Source: Macrostomum lignano (lineage: Eukaryota). From it: a stretch of 64,000 nucleotides of DNA. A program made the translations under genes and the position numbers. The notes under the pieces were generated by a model. It was not told where the DNA came from. It saw only the letters and a program-made list of their open reading frames with translations, and did not search any database. Below are positions 33,491-45,599 of the stretch, piece after piece (within the stretch, counting starts at the first letter, position 1; every line of letters starts with the position of its first letter). The DNA lies in assembly GCA_002269645.1 (NCBI GenBank), contig NIVC01002992.1:1-64000 (forward strand). The letters run 5' to 3'.

Positions 33491-34729
33491 CGTACATGTA
33501 ATTGGTTCAACCATAATGTACATTGGCCACTGAAATGTACAAGGCAGATTTAGGCTGGAACAACCGATGAAGGTAAGAAAATTTGGGTCAGGGGTAGAGG
33601 TTTCGTGTGGAGTTTGATTGTTTAGCTTGGGGGGGGGTTTAAGAGCCAATAAATGAGCCTTGTCTGTAAAAATACGTTAAAATGCTTCTGTTTAACTTAC
33701 TACTGAACAGAAAGTAGCTTGCACGCAAACGTGCTGAGTGGCCCATCCAGTTATTCTACGAGTATTATCTGTGGCTATATTCGTATTAGGATTGATTCAA
33801 CTAATAAATAAGCGAAAAATGAAGCAAATTTTACTGCGAATAAACAAATAGGAAAGTGATATATTAAATGAACAGCTCGCACAAGACACTAGCATTAGCA
33901 ATTAGCAGCGCACCGAACTCAGTTAAGCAAAGAAATTACCTTAAAGATTAAATATATAGAACACAGTATAGACAAATAAATGCAGCAAAAAGGAATAGAA
34001 TGAAATGGAAAACGCCCTATGCGCAACAATACATGTACATAAAAGACAGACGGATTACATGCATTGCTAAAATCCTGGCCTTCATCATCTGCCAACCTGA
34101 ACTCCCCTGAGCAGCGAGCGATAAAAACCTCATTAAAATCAATCTACAGAATCGAGCGCACGTCAAATACCATGGACTATATTTAGAAGTCTAACAATAC
34201 AACATAGAAATATCCAGAAACTATCATGATGAATAGATTGCAAATAGATAGATAGTTCACAATTCACAAGCAGATATTAAAATATTGAATGTAGAATTTT
34301 TATAAATAGTACACAGATCGATAGACTGGTGTGAAATTTCTAAAACTCCTGTGTCAAGATCCCTATAAAACGAATTATCATATATCATATAAAACGTATT
34401 GTAAAGTGTCTGTATATGCGGCGACAGTGTGCAAATAAAATTCCTTTGAAACTGCTTACGGAAACGAACTAGATTCCAGCTGAATACAAAGATACTAGAA
34501 TAGCTAGATATGTCACTCGCAAAAATGCCTCTTCATCCCGTTTTACCACCTCCAGACTGCCTCAAACTCTAAATTATTTGATAAGAAATCAATTTAGGTC
34601 AGAAGACTGCAGTAAAACTTGAAAAACTCAAAACTAGTTCGTTTGCATAGCGAGCAAGTGAGAAAAGGGTTGGCGCCCCAAGCCCCCAGCTAGGACGATA
34701 AACAGTTAGACTTATAGTTAGCCTTACTC

Positions 34730-34960
34730 CTTACTGCTCTCTCATTGGCTGAGCTAGATTGGCCTTCCCCACCCCAGGCTGAGTTTCGTTTGTCTGACTT
34801 TGTCCTCTCTCCTTACTGTTCTCTCATTGGCTGAGCCAGATTGGGCCTGCCCCACACCCAGACTGAGTTTCATCTGTCTGACTTTGCCCTCTCTCCTTAC
34901 TGATTTCTCATTGGCTGAGCTAGATTATCCCAGCCCCACCCCACTAGGTTGAGTTTCGTC
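34730..34960. repeat. Three about 83-bp units, each with a CCAAT box
   Basis: ctcattggctgag at 34741, 34823 and 34907. Confidence 0.85.
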
Positions 34961-35182
34961 TATCTTGCGTTCATTTGTGTATGCTTCTGAGGCCACAAAC
35001 CCCGAGAAAGGAAAGAAGATTTTAGATGCGCATATAAAATTTAAGTAACACTGCGCAGAGAAACTACTGAGTTGACGCTCTGCTTTTCAGTAGTGGAATA
35101 TCTAGTTATTCTAGAAACTATGCCTGATACTAAACAGTAGTATATAGAGCAATCTTTCAGCTGCTAAAGCAGACAACCCTTG

Positions 35183-35779
35183 TCAATGCGATCCATCGAA
35201 TTGCAATAGAAAAGTGCGAAAGAAGAAGCCGCCCAATGGCAGCGGCTCGTTCAGGTCCACCACTGGCCGGGTCAGCCGCAGCCCCGTGAGGGTCGCCTCG
35301 GCCGCTTGGCTGGGCCGACGAGGGGCCGCCTCGCCCGGACCAGCTGTAAACAGGTCGGCCAGACAGAAGCCCACTTTGGCTTTGCACGGTTGCTGCTGCT
35401 GCTGCTCACCATTGCCGGTTTTGTGGCACACGCTTGGCTGATTGTGCAGCACCAGCAGGGCTTGGAACCGGTGCCCAGGCGGCAGCAACCGGTAGGTGAC
35501 AATCTCCAGTGAGCAGGGCAGACCGGCCGGCGGCAGCAGGGACAGCTGGACAATTGGGGATTTGTTGCCAGGCGAACGGGTTAGGAAGGCCAACGGTCGG
35601 TGGTTGAGCCGGCGAGACAGCGCCAGCTCGGCCGGGGTCAGGAAGTCGCCAACCAGACGCTCGTCGTTATTGTTGGCGTCGGTGGAATCGGCGGCCGACT
35701 GAGTCGACCAGTGCAGCAGGAAGTCGCTGCGGGCTGGGTAAACCCGCTCCATGGCCTGGCCCACGCCGCGACTGTCGTC
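35183..35779 (-). CDS. MAN2A: Mannosidase II exon 5 (terminal)
   Basis: acceptor ttcccccgcag; DDSRGVGQAM continues the conserved QDDxRG motif; TGA at 35185-35183. Confidence 0.9.
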   Translation of the reverse strand, partial: DDSRGVGQAMERVYPARSDFLLHWSTQSAADSTDANNNDERLVGDFLTPAELALSRRLNHRPLAFLTRSPGNKSPIVQLSLLPPAGLPCSLEIVTYRLLPPGHRFQALLVLHNQPSVCHKTGNGEQQQQQPCKAKVGFCLADLFTAGPGEAAPRRPSQAAEATLTGLRLTRPVVDLNEPLPLGGFFFRTFLLQFDGSH

Positions 35780-38700
35780 CTGCGGGGGAATTCTGGATGG
35801 ATTAGTGGGGAATTCTGGTTGGATTACTGGGGAATTCTGGTTGGATTAGTGGGGAATTCTGGTTTAATTTTTGGGGAATTCTGGTTGCATTATTGGCGAG
35901 AGTACTGGTTGGTCGGTTGGATTACGAATTGTAGAAAATTCATAATCATACACGTTGATAATTGAAAAAATCTGGCTTTTTTGTCGGCAAAGATTGATGG
36001 ATTAACGATAGAATCGCAGTTGGGATTATCGATCGAATTGCGGTGGGATTATCGATCGAATCGTAGTTGGGATTATCGATCGAATTGCGGTGGGATTATC
36101 GATAGAATCACGGTGGGATTACCGATAGAATCGCGGTGGGATTATCGATCGAATCGCGGTGGGATTATCAATAGAATCAGAGGATTTAAATGCAAGGATT
36201 ATCGGCAGGATTAGGGTTGGATTAGGCGATACCCACACGCGCACACCTGAGAGGTCCGTCTGTGCAGCACAATGTCAAGCCGGCCGTCAGGCAGCAGGGC
36301 GGCACCGTGGCTCTGACCGGTCAGAACCGCCACCCGCCTCCGCCGGCCGCCGCGGCCAGCCGAGCCGCGCAGCACTACGGCGCCGGTCACGGGGTACACG
36401 CCGGACTCGAACGGGGCCTTCACCGGCCTGTGCCGCCTGACCAGCGCGGCGGAGTTCGCGTCAGTGTAGAAATAGCGGCCATTCGCCAGGCTGAAGTTGG
36501 CCCGCATGACCAGCTCCAGGTCCAGCGGCTTGGTCATGTCCGAGGACTCCGAGCTGGGCAGGTTCGCCAGGTTGGTGACTCGCACAGCGGAGTCCACCGC
36601 TGCCAGGCCGGTGCTGTACAGGGCCACCCGGTTTCTGTAGTGGTTCTGTTGGCGCAGGATGGAGCTGCGAACCGGGCCTCGAACTGAATAAACCACCGGG
36701 TCGGGCTGCAGGCCCTCGCGGGAGAGCGGGGCGCCCGGCTCCACCTGTTGCGCATGGGTTGTAGTGGAATTGTAGGGTACAAGTCAAATGGTTGACAAGT
36801 CATTTGGTATCATTAAATTGCACTTTACAAATTAAATGATTATCACTAATCCCTCAGTGATTTCGAACGATAATCCCACTTTGATTACACCTATAATCCA
36901 GCTGAAATTCTATGGATAATCCATTTGTAGTTCTATCGATAATCCATCTGTAGTTCTATCGATAATCCATCTGTAAATATATCGATAATCCATCGGTGGT
37001 TCTATCGATAATCCATCTGTGGTTCTCTCGATAATCCATCTGTTTTTCTCTTAATAATCCATCTATATTTCTTATGATAATCCATCTGTGATTCTATCGA
37101 TAATCCATCTGTAAATATATCGATAATCCATCTGTGATTCTATCGATAATCCATCTGTAATTCTATCGATAATCCATCTGTGGTTCTATCGATAATCCAT
37201 CTGTAATTCTATCGATAATCCATCTGTGGTTCTATCGATAATCCATCTGTAATTCTATCGATAATCCATCTGTAATTCTATCGATAATCTATCTGTAGTT
37301 CTATCGATAATCTATCTGTAATTCTCTCGATAATCCATCTGTAATTCTATCGATAATCCATCTGTAATTCTATCGATAATCTATCTGTAGTTCTATCGAT
37401 AATCTATCTGTAATTCTCTCGATAATCCATCTGTAGTTCTATCGATAATCCATCTGTAATTCTATCGATAATCCATCTGTAGTTCTATCGATAATCCATC
37501 TGTAATTCTCTCGATAATCCATCTGTAGTTCTATCGATAATCCATCTGTAATTCTCTCGATAATCCATCTGTAGTTCTATCGATAATCTATCTGTAGTTC
37601 TATCGATAATCTATCTGTAGTTCTATCGATAATCCATCTGTAGTTCTATCGATAATCTATCTGTAGTTCTATCGATAATCTATCTGTAGTTCTATCGATA
37701 ATCTATCTGTAGTTCTATCGATAATCCATCTGTAGTTCTATCGATAATCTATCTGTAGTTCTATCGATAATCCATCTGTAATTCTATCGATAATCTATCT
37801 GTAATTCTATCGATAATCCATCTGTAATTCTATCGATAATCCATCTGTGGTTCTATCGATAATCCATCTGTAATTCTCTCGATAATCCATCTGTAATTCT
37901 ATCGATAATCCATCTGTAATTCTATCGATAATCTATCTGTAGTTCTATCGATAATCTATCTGTAGTTCTATCGATAATCCATCTGTTTTTCTCCTAATAA
38001 TCCATCTATAATTCTTATGATAATCCATCTGTGATTCTATCGATAATCCATCTGTGGTTCTATCGATAATCCATCTGTAGTTCTATCGATAATCCATCTG
38101 TAATTCTCTCGATAATCCATCTGTAGTTCTATCGATAATCCATCTGTAATTCTCTCGATAATCCATCTGTAGTTCTATCGATAATCTATCTGTAGTTCTA
38201 TCGATAATCTATCTGTAGTTCCCTGTAACTATATGTAGATAGTCCACTGCATTGATAATCCCGCTAATCGCAGCTCACCCCGCCCCCCATGATGTAGGCG
38301 CCGCGCCTGGACTTCGCCAGCCCGAGATAGCCGAGCTCCAGCCCGAAGCCGGTGGCCGCCACGCCGCCGTCGCTGCCGCCGAGCTGCTGGACGCTGACAA
38401 AGTCGGGCTCGCCGCCGGCCAGAGTAAAGTTGATGGCCAGCACGGAGTTGGCCAGAGTCAGCTGACTCCGGCCGGCGGTTTCGTCCAGTCGGTCGATTTT
38501 CGGCCACACGGAGCTGCTGTGAGGGAAGTTCATGGCCAGCCGGGCTGGCGGGCAGCGGACAGTGGGCTCCGAATTGTCTGCCCCGGCCGAGAATCCGACC
38601 CGAGTGGCCGACAGCGGCGGCATCTGCAGGCAGACCAGCAAGTCGAATTCGGACTCGCTGATGCCGCCGGAGATGCCGTTGAAGTGCGGCTCAACCTGGC

Positions 38701-41614
38701 AGCGAAGCCGGAGACTGTCGGCCGCCGAAGGCCGGTTCAGCAGCCGAACGGTGGCGGCGGAGGCTGGCGGGCCGCGCAGGACAACCGTGAGACAGTCGTA
38801 GCGACTCTGGCCGATGGAGTTCACTATGAGCAGCTCGCCTGGCAACTGCTTGGGGATCTGCGAGATTTAAGGATTGGCTGCTGCTTTGAGACAGCGACTG
38901 CGGAACATCGAAAGAGACAGAAGCTATTACCTAGCAGCTACATGGGGGAGCCGCTAAAGGGGGAGACGCTAAAGGGGGAGACGCTAAAGGAGGAGACGCT
39001 AAAGGGGGAGACGCTAAAGGGGGAGACACTAAAGGGGGAGACGCTAAAGGGGGACACTACATGGGAGACACTAAATGGGAGACACTACATGGGAGACGCT
39101 ACAGGGGAGACTGTACAGGGGAGACGCTACAGGGAAGACGCTACGGAAGAAGCTACAGAAAAAGCTACGGAAGAAGCTACAGGGAAGACGCTACGGAAGA
39201 CGCTACAGGGAAGACGCTACGGAAGAAGCTACGGAAAAAGCTACGGAAGAAGCTACGGAAGAAGCTATTGAAGAAGCTACGGAAGAAGCTAGTAAGCTAC
39301 GGAAGAAGCTAAGGAAGAAGCTAGTAAGCTACGGAAGAAGCTAAGGAAGAAGCTAGTAAGCTACGGAAGAAGCTAAGGAAGAAGCTAGTAAGCTACGGAA
39401 GAAGCTAAGGAAGAAGCTAGTAAGCTACGGAAGAAGCTATTAAGCTAAGGAAAAAGCTAAGGAAGAAGCTAGTAAGCTAAGGAAGAAGCTAAGGAAGAAG
39501 CTAGTAAGCTACGGAAGAAGCTACAATAGACTCCCAGCTATGCTGGGAACTGTAGAACCAAAGCAGCCCCGCCCAAGACTTGCGTTACCTCAAAGCCCAC
39601 CGGCCCGGGCAGCCGCGGCGGTTTCCGCCAGCCGCCATCGAACGCGTCGGCAAAGACAGGCGGCGAGTCAATGGAGCCGCCAAGCAGGCTGGCAAGTGCG
39701 CCGGCCAGCGCCTCCACGGAGCGGTTGAATGCGCCAGGCAACACCTTGGCCAGGTACTGCTCCTCGATCACCTCCTGTGTAGATGTGCCAGTGATGGAGT
39801 CGTGATGCTGGAACAGTGACAGATTACGGCGAGCCCAGTCTAGCCTGGGATAAATCTGCTTGTACAGCTGCTTATCGGCGCTATGAAGAGCCGCTTTGGT
39901 GGAGAAGATCTCTGCCGCTCTTAGTAGGGATTCGATCTCGCGACTGCACCTGGATTGATTGAACATTTGCCTAGGAAGGTTAAATATTCTGTAGCTTCTT
40001 TTGGACAGTAGAACTACAAAAACTACACGGGCTACACAGCTACAACAAGTTGAGTTTTTGAATGTAGACTTCAAGGCACTCTCCAATCCCTTCAAAATGC
40101 CTTTCCTCTGTACTCGGTGCCTGCACAGGATGCTTGTCGTGCGATTCACACCCATGAGAGCCAACTCCCAAGGCACATATACTGTTCTGTGGGAGCCCCC
40201 AAAATCCGTACCGCTTCAACCCGGGCCGGGATGTGAAGTAGCCGCTCCAGTAGTCCTCGTCCTTGTCAGTGTAAGTGAAAAAATCGCCCATAAAGTTTGG
40301 CAGCCGCTCGCTCTCCGGTCGCTTCGCCAGCTGGGCTCGAAGCTCGGCAAAATAATCCTTCATAGTGCCGAATTTGATCTCCACATTCATGCTGGACTGA
40401 CTGTTCATGTAGTCCATCAGCTTTTTGTAGTTGTTGTACTGCTGGTTCCACTCCTCCTCCCGGTCCCAGCGGAAATCGTCGCCCAACGGCATCATGAGGA
40501 CATTGTGCCTGTAGAATTTGCTCTTGGCCTCCAGCTGCTGGAACAGCATGTCCGACAGGCGGTTCACATTCTTCGGATCGACGTTGGTGCCCAGACTCTC
40601 CGACAATTCGCCATCAATATTGCGAAAGTCGAAATACAAGCAGAATGACGGGTTGGGGCCGCACGAGTACTTGATCTGGTACAGCATGAACGGCAGCACG
40701 CTGGTGAGCAGCTGGGTGTCTGGGCCGCGGCCCGAACTGCTCCAGAAGGTCTGCCAGTTGAACTCCAACGCCCGTTCGCGCCGCAGCATGTCCTTGATGT
40801 GCTCGTTAATGCGCAGTATAACATAATTTTGGATGCCGGCAAGGGACTGCAGATGAGGCGAGAGCAGCGAATACCCGAACGGATCAACATTCCAGTAGGT
40901 TTCGGGTGCGACGCCCAGGTTCTGCTTAATCCACAGGTGACCGTCCAGCATTTGATTTATTAGCGCAAAATAATGCGTAGAAGCTTCATCTGGGGATACC
41001 CAGCCTCCGCTGGTGATCTCTAAACGACCCTGCTTGACCAGGGACTTCATGGCCGCCCGCTGGTCTGGCGTGGCCTCTGAGAACCAGGTGCTGAGGAATA
41101 CAGCCTCAGTCCAGATGAAGCGCATTTCCGGCCACTTAGTCAGGTACTTGAGCGCATAGTTGAGCACATTGCGAGTCTGCAGATGATAATAACTATCGTA
41201 CGATTTCAACCAATTCGGATCATTATGCGAGTGAGGCACTACAAACACTGTTAGCTTCTCGCCCTTGGGCTTCAGGGCTTCAAGCGACTTGGGCACTTGG
41301 ACGCCATTCTCAAATGTGACAGCCTTGGGGTCGTAGCGCCTGTCGAACTTGCCAAGCAGCTGGTTGGCAAAGAAAGTCTTGACGCCAACTGACTGCTGGT
41401 TAATCCGAGTGCACCGATTGCTCAGAGCTCCTTGGAGCTTCGGCTTGGGCAATGGATTGAGCAAGTCAGCCAGCTGCGGCTCCTTGGCATCGAGTGAGTC
41501 ATCATTGATTGACAAGGACTGCTCCCGGTGATAGCTGAGTGAAAAGTAGGTCAGCACTAGAAATGCAATGGCAAACAGAGCTAGTAGGCACCAAATGCGC
41601 GTCTTGAACCGCAT
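35183..41614 (-). CDS. MAN2A: Golgi alpha-mannosidase II (GH38, type II membrane protein), 5 exons, 1145 aa
   Basis: Join of 40212-41614, 39589-39949, 38279-38857, 36247-36744 and 35183-35779 = 3438 nt, GT-AG, phases 2,0,0,0. N-terminal TM anchor; GH38 motifs HSHND-W, VDPFG-S, PLGDDFR, YWSGYFTSRP, FQHHDSITGT, QDDSRGVGQ; length matches MAN2A-type enzymes. Confidence 0.95.
35785..35890. repeat. About 22-bp repeat at the mannosidase intron 4 acceptor
   Basis: ggggaattctggttggatta, about 5 copies. Confidence 0.85.
35995..36200. repeat. 23-bp minisatellite, mannosidase intron 4
   Basis: gggattatcgatcgaatcgcggt. Confidence 0.9.
36247..36744 (-). CDS. MAN2A: Mannosidase II exon 4 (phase 0-0)
   Basis: FYTDAN, GVYPV, VAVLTGQSHG, GRLDIVLHRRTSQ; acceptor cgcaacag, donor CAG|GTGTGC. 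Confidence 0.92.
36900..38225. repeat. 23-bp minisatellite, mannosidase intron 3
   Basis: gataatccatctgtaattctatc, more than 50 copies. Confidence 0.97.
38279..38857 (-). CDS. MAN2A: Mannosidase II exon 3
   Basis: acceptor aaatctcgcag; IVNSIGQSR ... SRRGAYIM (GH38 C-terminal beta region); donor GGG|GTGAGC. Confidence 0.88.
38945..39525. repeat. Compound 15/12-bp arrays, mannosidase intron 2
   Basis: ctaaagggggagacg grading into gctacggaagaa and agctagtaagct. Confidence 0.9.
39589..39949 (-). CDS. MAN2A: Mannosidase II exon 2 (middle domain)
   Basis: acceptor aatcaatccag; ARRNLSLFQHHDSITGT; donor GAG|GTAACG. Confidence 0.92.
40212..41614 (-). CDS. MAN2A: Mannosidase II exon 1 (TM anchor and catalytic domain)
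   Basis: MRFKTRIWCLLALFAIAFLVL; VFVVPHSHNDPNW; DPFGYS; donor CG|GTACGG at 40211; in-frame stop upstream of the ATG. Confidence 0.95.
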
Positions 41615-42021
41615 GCTTGCCAGCAGGAAGTGAAGGATCTTCCAATTTACCTTGGGTAATTTTGAGTTTCACTGGGCTTTTAGCATGAGTTATTATGAAG
41701 TTTTAAGATTATTTTATTATAAGCATTAATGTCTAAAGCTTTTGAAAATCATAAATATACATATATAAGCACAGTTTATACTTTGTCTAATTGAAAAAAG
41801 TTTTGCTTGAAAAAGTAGTATTAATAATATGAATGTCTGTTGTTGAAATTTTAAAAGATGTACAAAGAATACTACATGTTTTTGACATTCTTGTTCTTAT
41901 TATTTTTGTTTAGCAATGTTAAAATAGAAAATCATAGATAGGTGCTTATTTGAAAAAAATGAGAAAAAAAATTAGATAATCTTTTAAGAATAAAAAAGTA
42001 AATAATGACAATGTAACCTAC

Positions 42022-42748
42022 TGTGACGTTGCTAGTATAAGGGGGTCCCATAAAAAGGCCGTTGGACTGCAATTTCACTATAATTTCTCAGTTAAAATTT
42101 TCCAATAGTTTATTCTCACATTTACTTGTAGTAGCGCCCAATGAATCTGTATCAATCGCTAATTCACTGTGTATTTGGTAAACCTTGTGTTCATCTGTAA
42201 AATCTAGCACGATCAATATTTTCAAGTTCTTGTTTTTTCCCCCACCAGCCAATGAAAACTCTCTGCGTGTATTATGCTAACCTTTCTGTGCTCTTTATTA
42301 ACCCCCACCTGGCGGCAGCCTGGGGGTCTTCACCTTGTTTTCCTCTTCCCCCCTTGTGGCCTCTCGTTTTCCTTCTCTCTCCTTATCTCTTGCCACGGCC
42401 CACCCTGTCTAGGCCCATCTCGCCAGCCAGACTTGTTTACGCCTTTCTACTGCCTGTCTATTCTCCTAGTGCCACCGCACTGTTTGCTCACTGCCATCAT
42501 TTGCCACTTGGGATCACCTTCATCGTGCTCAACCGCCTTCAACTTAACTCAACTTATTGTTGCGCTGCCACCAGTGCCCAGTATAGTAGTCCACTATATT
42601 GAAACTGTTAACCTTTGTGTCAATCTGACTACTACTCAAATAAACAAGCCTCCAGCCAACTTGTTGCTGCTATATTGCCAGTGCTACCACTACAAACTGC
42701 TGTGTTGTCTGAACCAGTACTTCATCACCAAGACAAAAACTTGTGACA
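42022..42748 (+). mobile_element. Probable solo LTR (727 bp)
   Basis: Starts TGTGAC and ends GTGACA (5/6 inverted match); flanks CTAC/TTAC (4-bp TSD, one mismatch); internal CCAAT and an AATAAA about 100 bp before the end; more GC-rich than its flanks. Confidence 0.4.
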
Positions 42749-43645
42749 TTACATTTGGCTAAATTTTGATTTAGCAGAAAATGCTTATAAAAGACCAAAA
42801 GAAAGCAAAGATTATGATTATGAAAAGGTTATGACCTTTTTCCTAAAAATTGACCTATAAAAAGCATTGAGTTAGGCATGTCAAGAAAAATTATTTATAG
42901 AAGGAAGTAGATCTAAAAATTAGGTATAAACTATATAGTTTGATGCATAAAAGGATTTATTATATAAAAATGATATAAAAGCCTCTTGCACATTATCTTA
43001 AACAAATTCATTTTGTAGCTTGTTATTCCTAGCAAAATGCAATTTCAAATATTGATTTATTATGACCCTGTCCCTACAATATCATAGTGCAATGTGCATG
43101 GCCGTATGATCGTAACAGATAGCTGTGAGGTAAAATTCTGGTTAGTTTATCAAGTAAAAAATAATTACATTACAACTTATTTTACTATTCTATTTTTAAA
43201 TATCATTAGATAGAGTAGTCCTATAAAACAAGATAACAAAATTACCATCTCATTAGAAAACATTTTTAGTTTATAGGAACTAGGAAGTTCGCCAGTCACT
43301 GTCACTGTCGTCAAAGCTGTGAGCTGTCGGTCAGTTTACCATTTAAAGATTCCTATAAAATCCTAATGGACAAAATCGCGCGAAATTTATGTCATTTAAA
43401 ACACATAGTTATGTGTCTTGGTAAGGGACTTGCAAAATACGAGAAATAAACGAGAAAATAAACAGCATAGTTGTTGATAATCCAAAAAGATAGAAAATAA
43501 TTTACTTTTTAACACTAAACAGCTTCGACTTACTGCGATGATTAATGACAATATTTTAAAATTAAAATTAAGTTTTATGAGTTGAATTATAAGTAATTTG
43601 TAAAAACATTTATTTCATATTTGAACATCGCATATGGGTCAGGAC

Positions 43646-44510
43646 CAGTGTTGGGCACTTCCGTTACCGAGTAACTTGCAAATGGTAACGCAAGTTACTT
43701 TTTCGTAAAGCGTTCCTTACGCAAGTTACTTTTTTATTTTAGTAACGGAGTAACGGTAAGTTACTCAAATTTCAGAAGTCCGTTACAGTTACTTTGCAAC
43801 AATCGCAATATTTAAATTTAAAACTGAAATGCTTAGCTATTACGCCGGTTGTCACATTTTTTTGCATTTTTCATTCCTAATTCAAAATTAAGTGAATAGT
43901 ATCATTTGGTATTGCGCTTTAATTAATGAAGAAATACTTAAAACATGTTTTGCTTAGTTATAATTTCAGTAAAATATTTTCGCCTTTCATTTTATTTTTC
44001 AATTTTTATTTCTCATTTTCAATTTACTAAAAATTTTCAAGTTTGATTCAAACAAACAACCAAAGAAAGAAATTCGTCTGTAGCCTCCACAAGTCCCTCC
44101 ACTGGCACTGCAGTACACTACACCATTTTATACAGTTATTTATTTTACTCTATTGAATTATTGATATTCGTTTATTTTATCATTTATAATTTTAATTATT
44201 GATTGCCATTGCCCATCGGTCCTTCTACTTGCCTCACATCGTGTCGCCAATTGCTGTCTCTGTCTGTTAATCGGTTAATCCCAATGCCCAATGGCAAATT
44301 TCGGTAACAACAATGTAAAAAAATGCAATGTGAAAAAAGCAGAAAATTTTGTTAATAACATGGGTAACGGAAGTGAGTAACGGACAGTAACTTAAAAGTT
44401 ACCGGGTTTTTGTCTAAAGTTACTAGGCTAACGTAAGTTACTTTTTAAAAATTGGTAACTTAAGTTACAGTAACGCAAGTTACTTTTTTTGAGTAACTTG
44501 CCCAACACTG
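43646..44510. mobile_element. Non-autonomous hAT-superfamily DNA transposon (MITE-like), 865 bp
   Basis: Perfect 12-bp TIRs CAGTGTTGGGCA / TGCCCAACACTG; perfect 8-bp TSD GTCAGGAC (43638-43645 and 44511-44518); many subterminal GTAAC/GTTAC motifs at both ends; no ORF. Confidence 0.9.
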
Positions 44511-45599
44511 GTCAGGACAACTGGACCATTTTTAATACAGTCAGTCTGTGAGGTACTATTATTTAATGAGTAATCTATAATTCCTTATTATGCTGATTTT
44601 CCTCATTGGGTTGTCTTTAAAACGTTTACTTTTACTTGACAATTCTGTCCCCAAATAACCAAATTCAGTTTTTTGCTTTCGGTATATTATACTTTTACTG
44701 GTTATTACTATTCGTAATTCGTAATTCTTTTATTATTTCACTATTGAATATCACTAATCAGATATTGCCTATGCCATGCTATTGTCATTGATTGTATTGC
44801 TATAATGCTATTTTATCTTTATAGCATAGGTTTTAAATATAAGTATTAATATTTATTATTAGACCCTGATTTTAACTTGTGCGATTAAGTTGCATTATAA
44901 TTTGAAGCATACTGATTAAAGGACATTGCAACACATTTTCTTGATGCTTAGTATGTATGAATTTCCTATAAAAATTTGAATCCATATTTAAAAGCTTGAA
45001 CTTGAAATATATTTAATTTTGGTAGGCCCTATTTTAATAGATTTTCTATTTGTTAATAGTAGTAAAGAAATTAGTACTAATACAGTATATTGGTAGTTAA
45101 TGATAGGCATAAAAGATTTGTGTATTTTCATAAATGGATCATGTTTTCATTCAACTTTAGTTATAATGTCATTATTAAAATGAAGTTTTGGTTTTTTGTT
45201 TTTTAATAATAATTTCTGCTTTATATAAAATAGTTGCTTTGGTTTTATTGTGTGATTTATGCTGTTGAGGGTCATATAGTCTATATATGTCTTAAGATTA
45301 GAATGTAGAAAATTACTATTTTATACCCTATGTTAGTATATGCCTATATGCATATCAATATGCATACAATATATGATGATCAGGGTCAATAGGATGGCCA
45401 TAACTGTTTGCCTGTTTGCTACTGGCAGGTCAATGGTCACCTGTCACCAATACCAAATGCCTCAAGCCAAGTAACCAAATCTACACATGCAACACTTCAC
45501 TCTCTATGACAGTATATATATGACAGCATTTAACCATATTTTCATTTTTTCCTTAGTTTCCCTTCGTTCCAATACTTCGACATTCCCTGCGCTGGCTGC

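Noticed and set aside
39538-40211. Reading the mannosidase ORFs 40040-41614 and 39538-40176 as a frameshifted pseudogene
   Set aside because: A 262-bp GT-AG phase-2 intron (39950-40211) joins them cleanly in frame.
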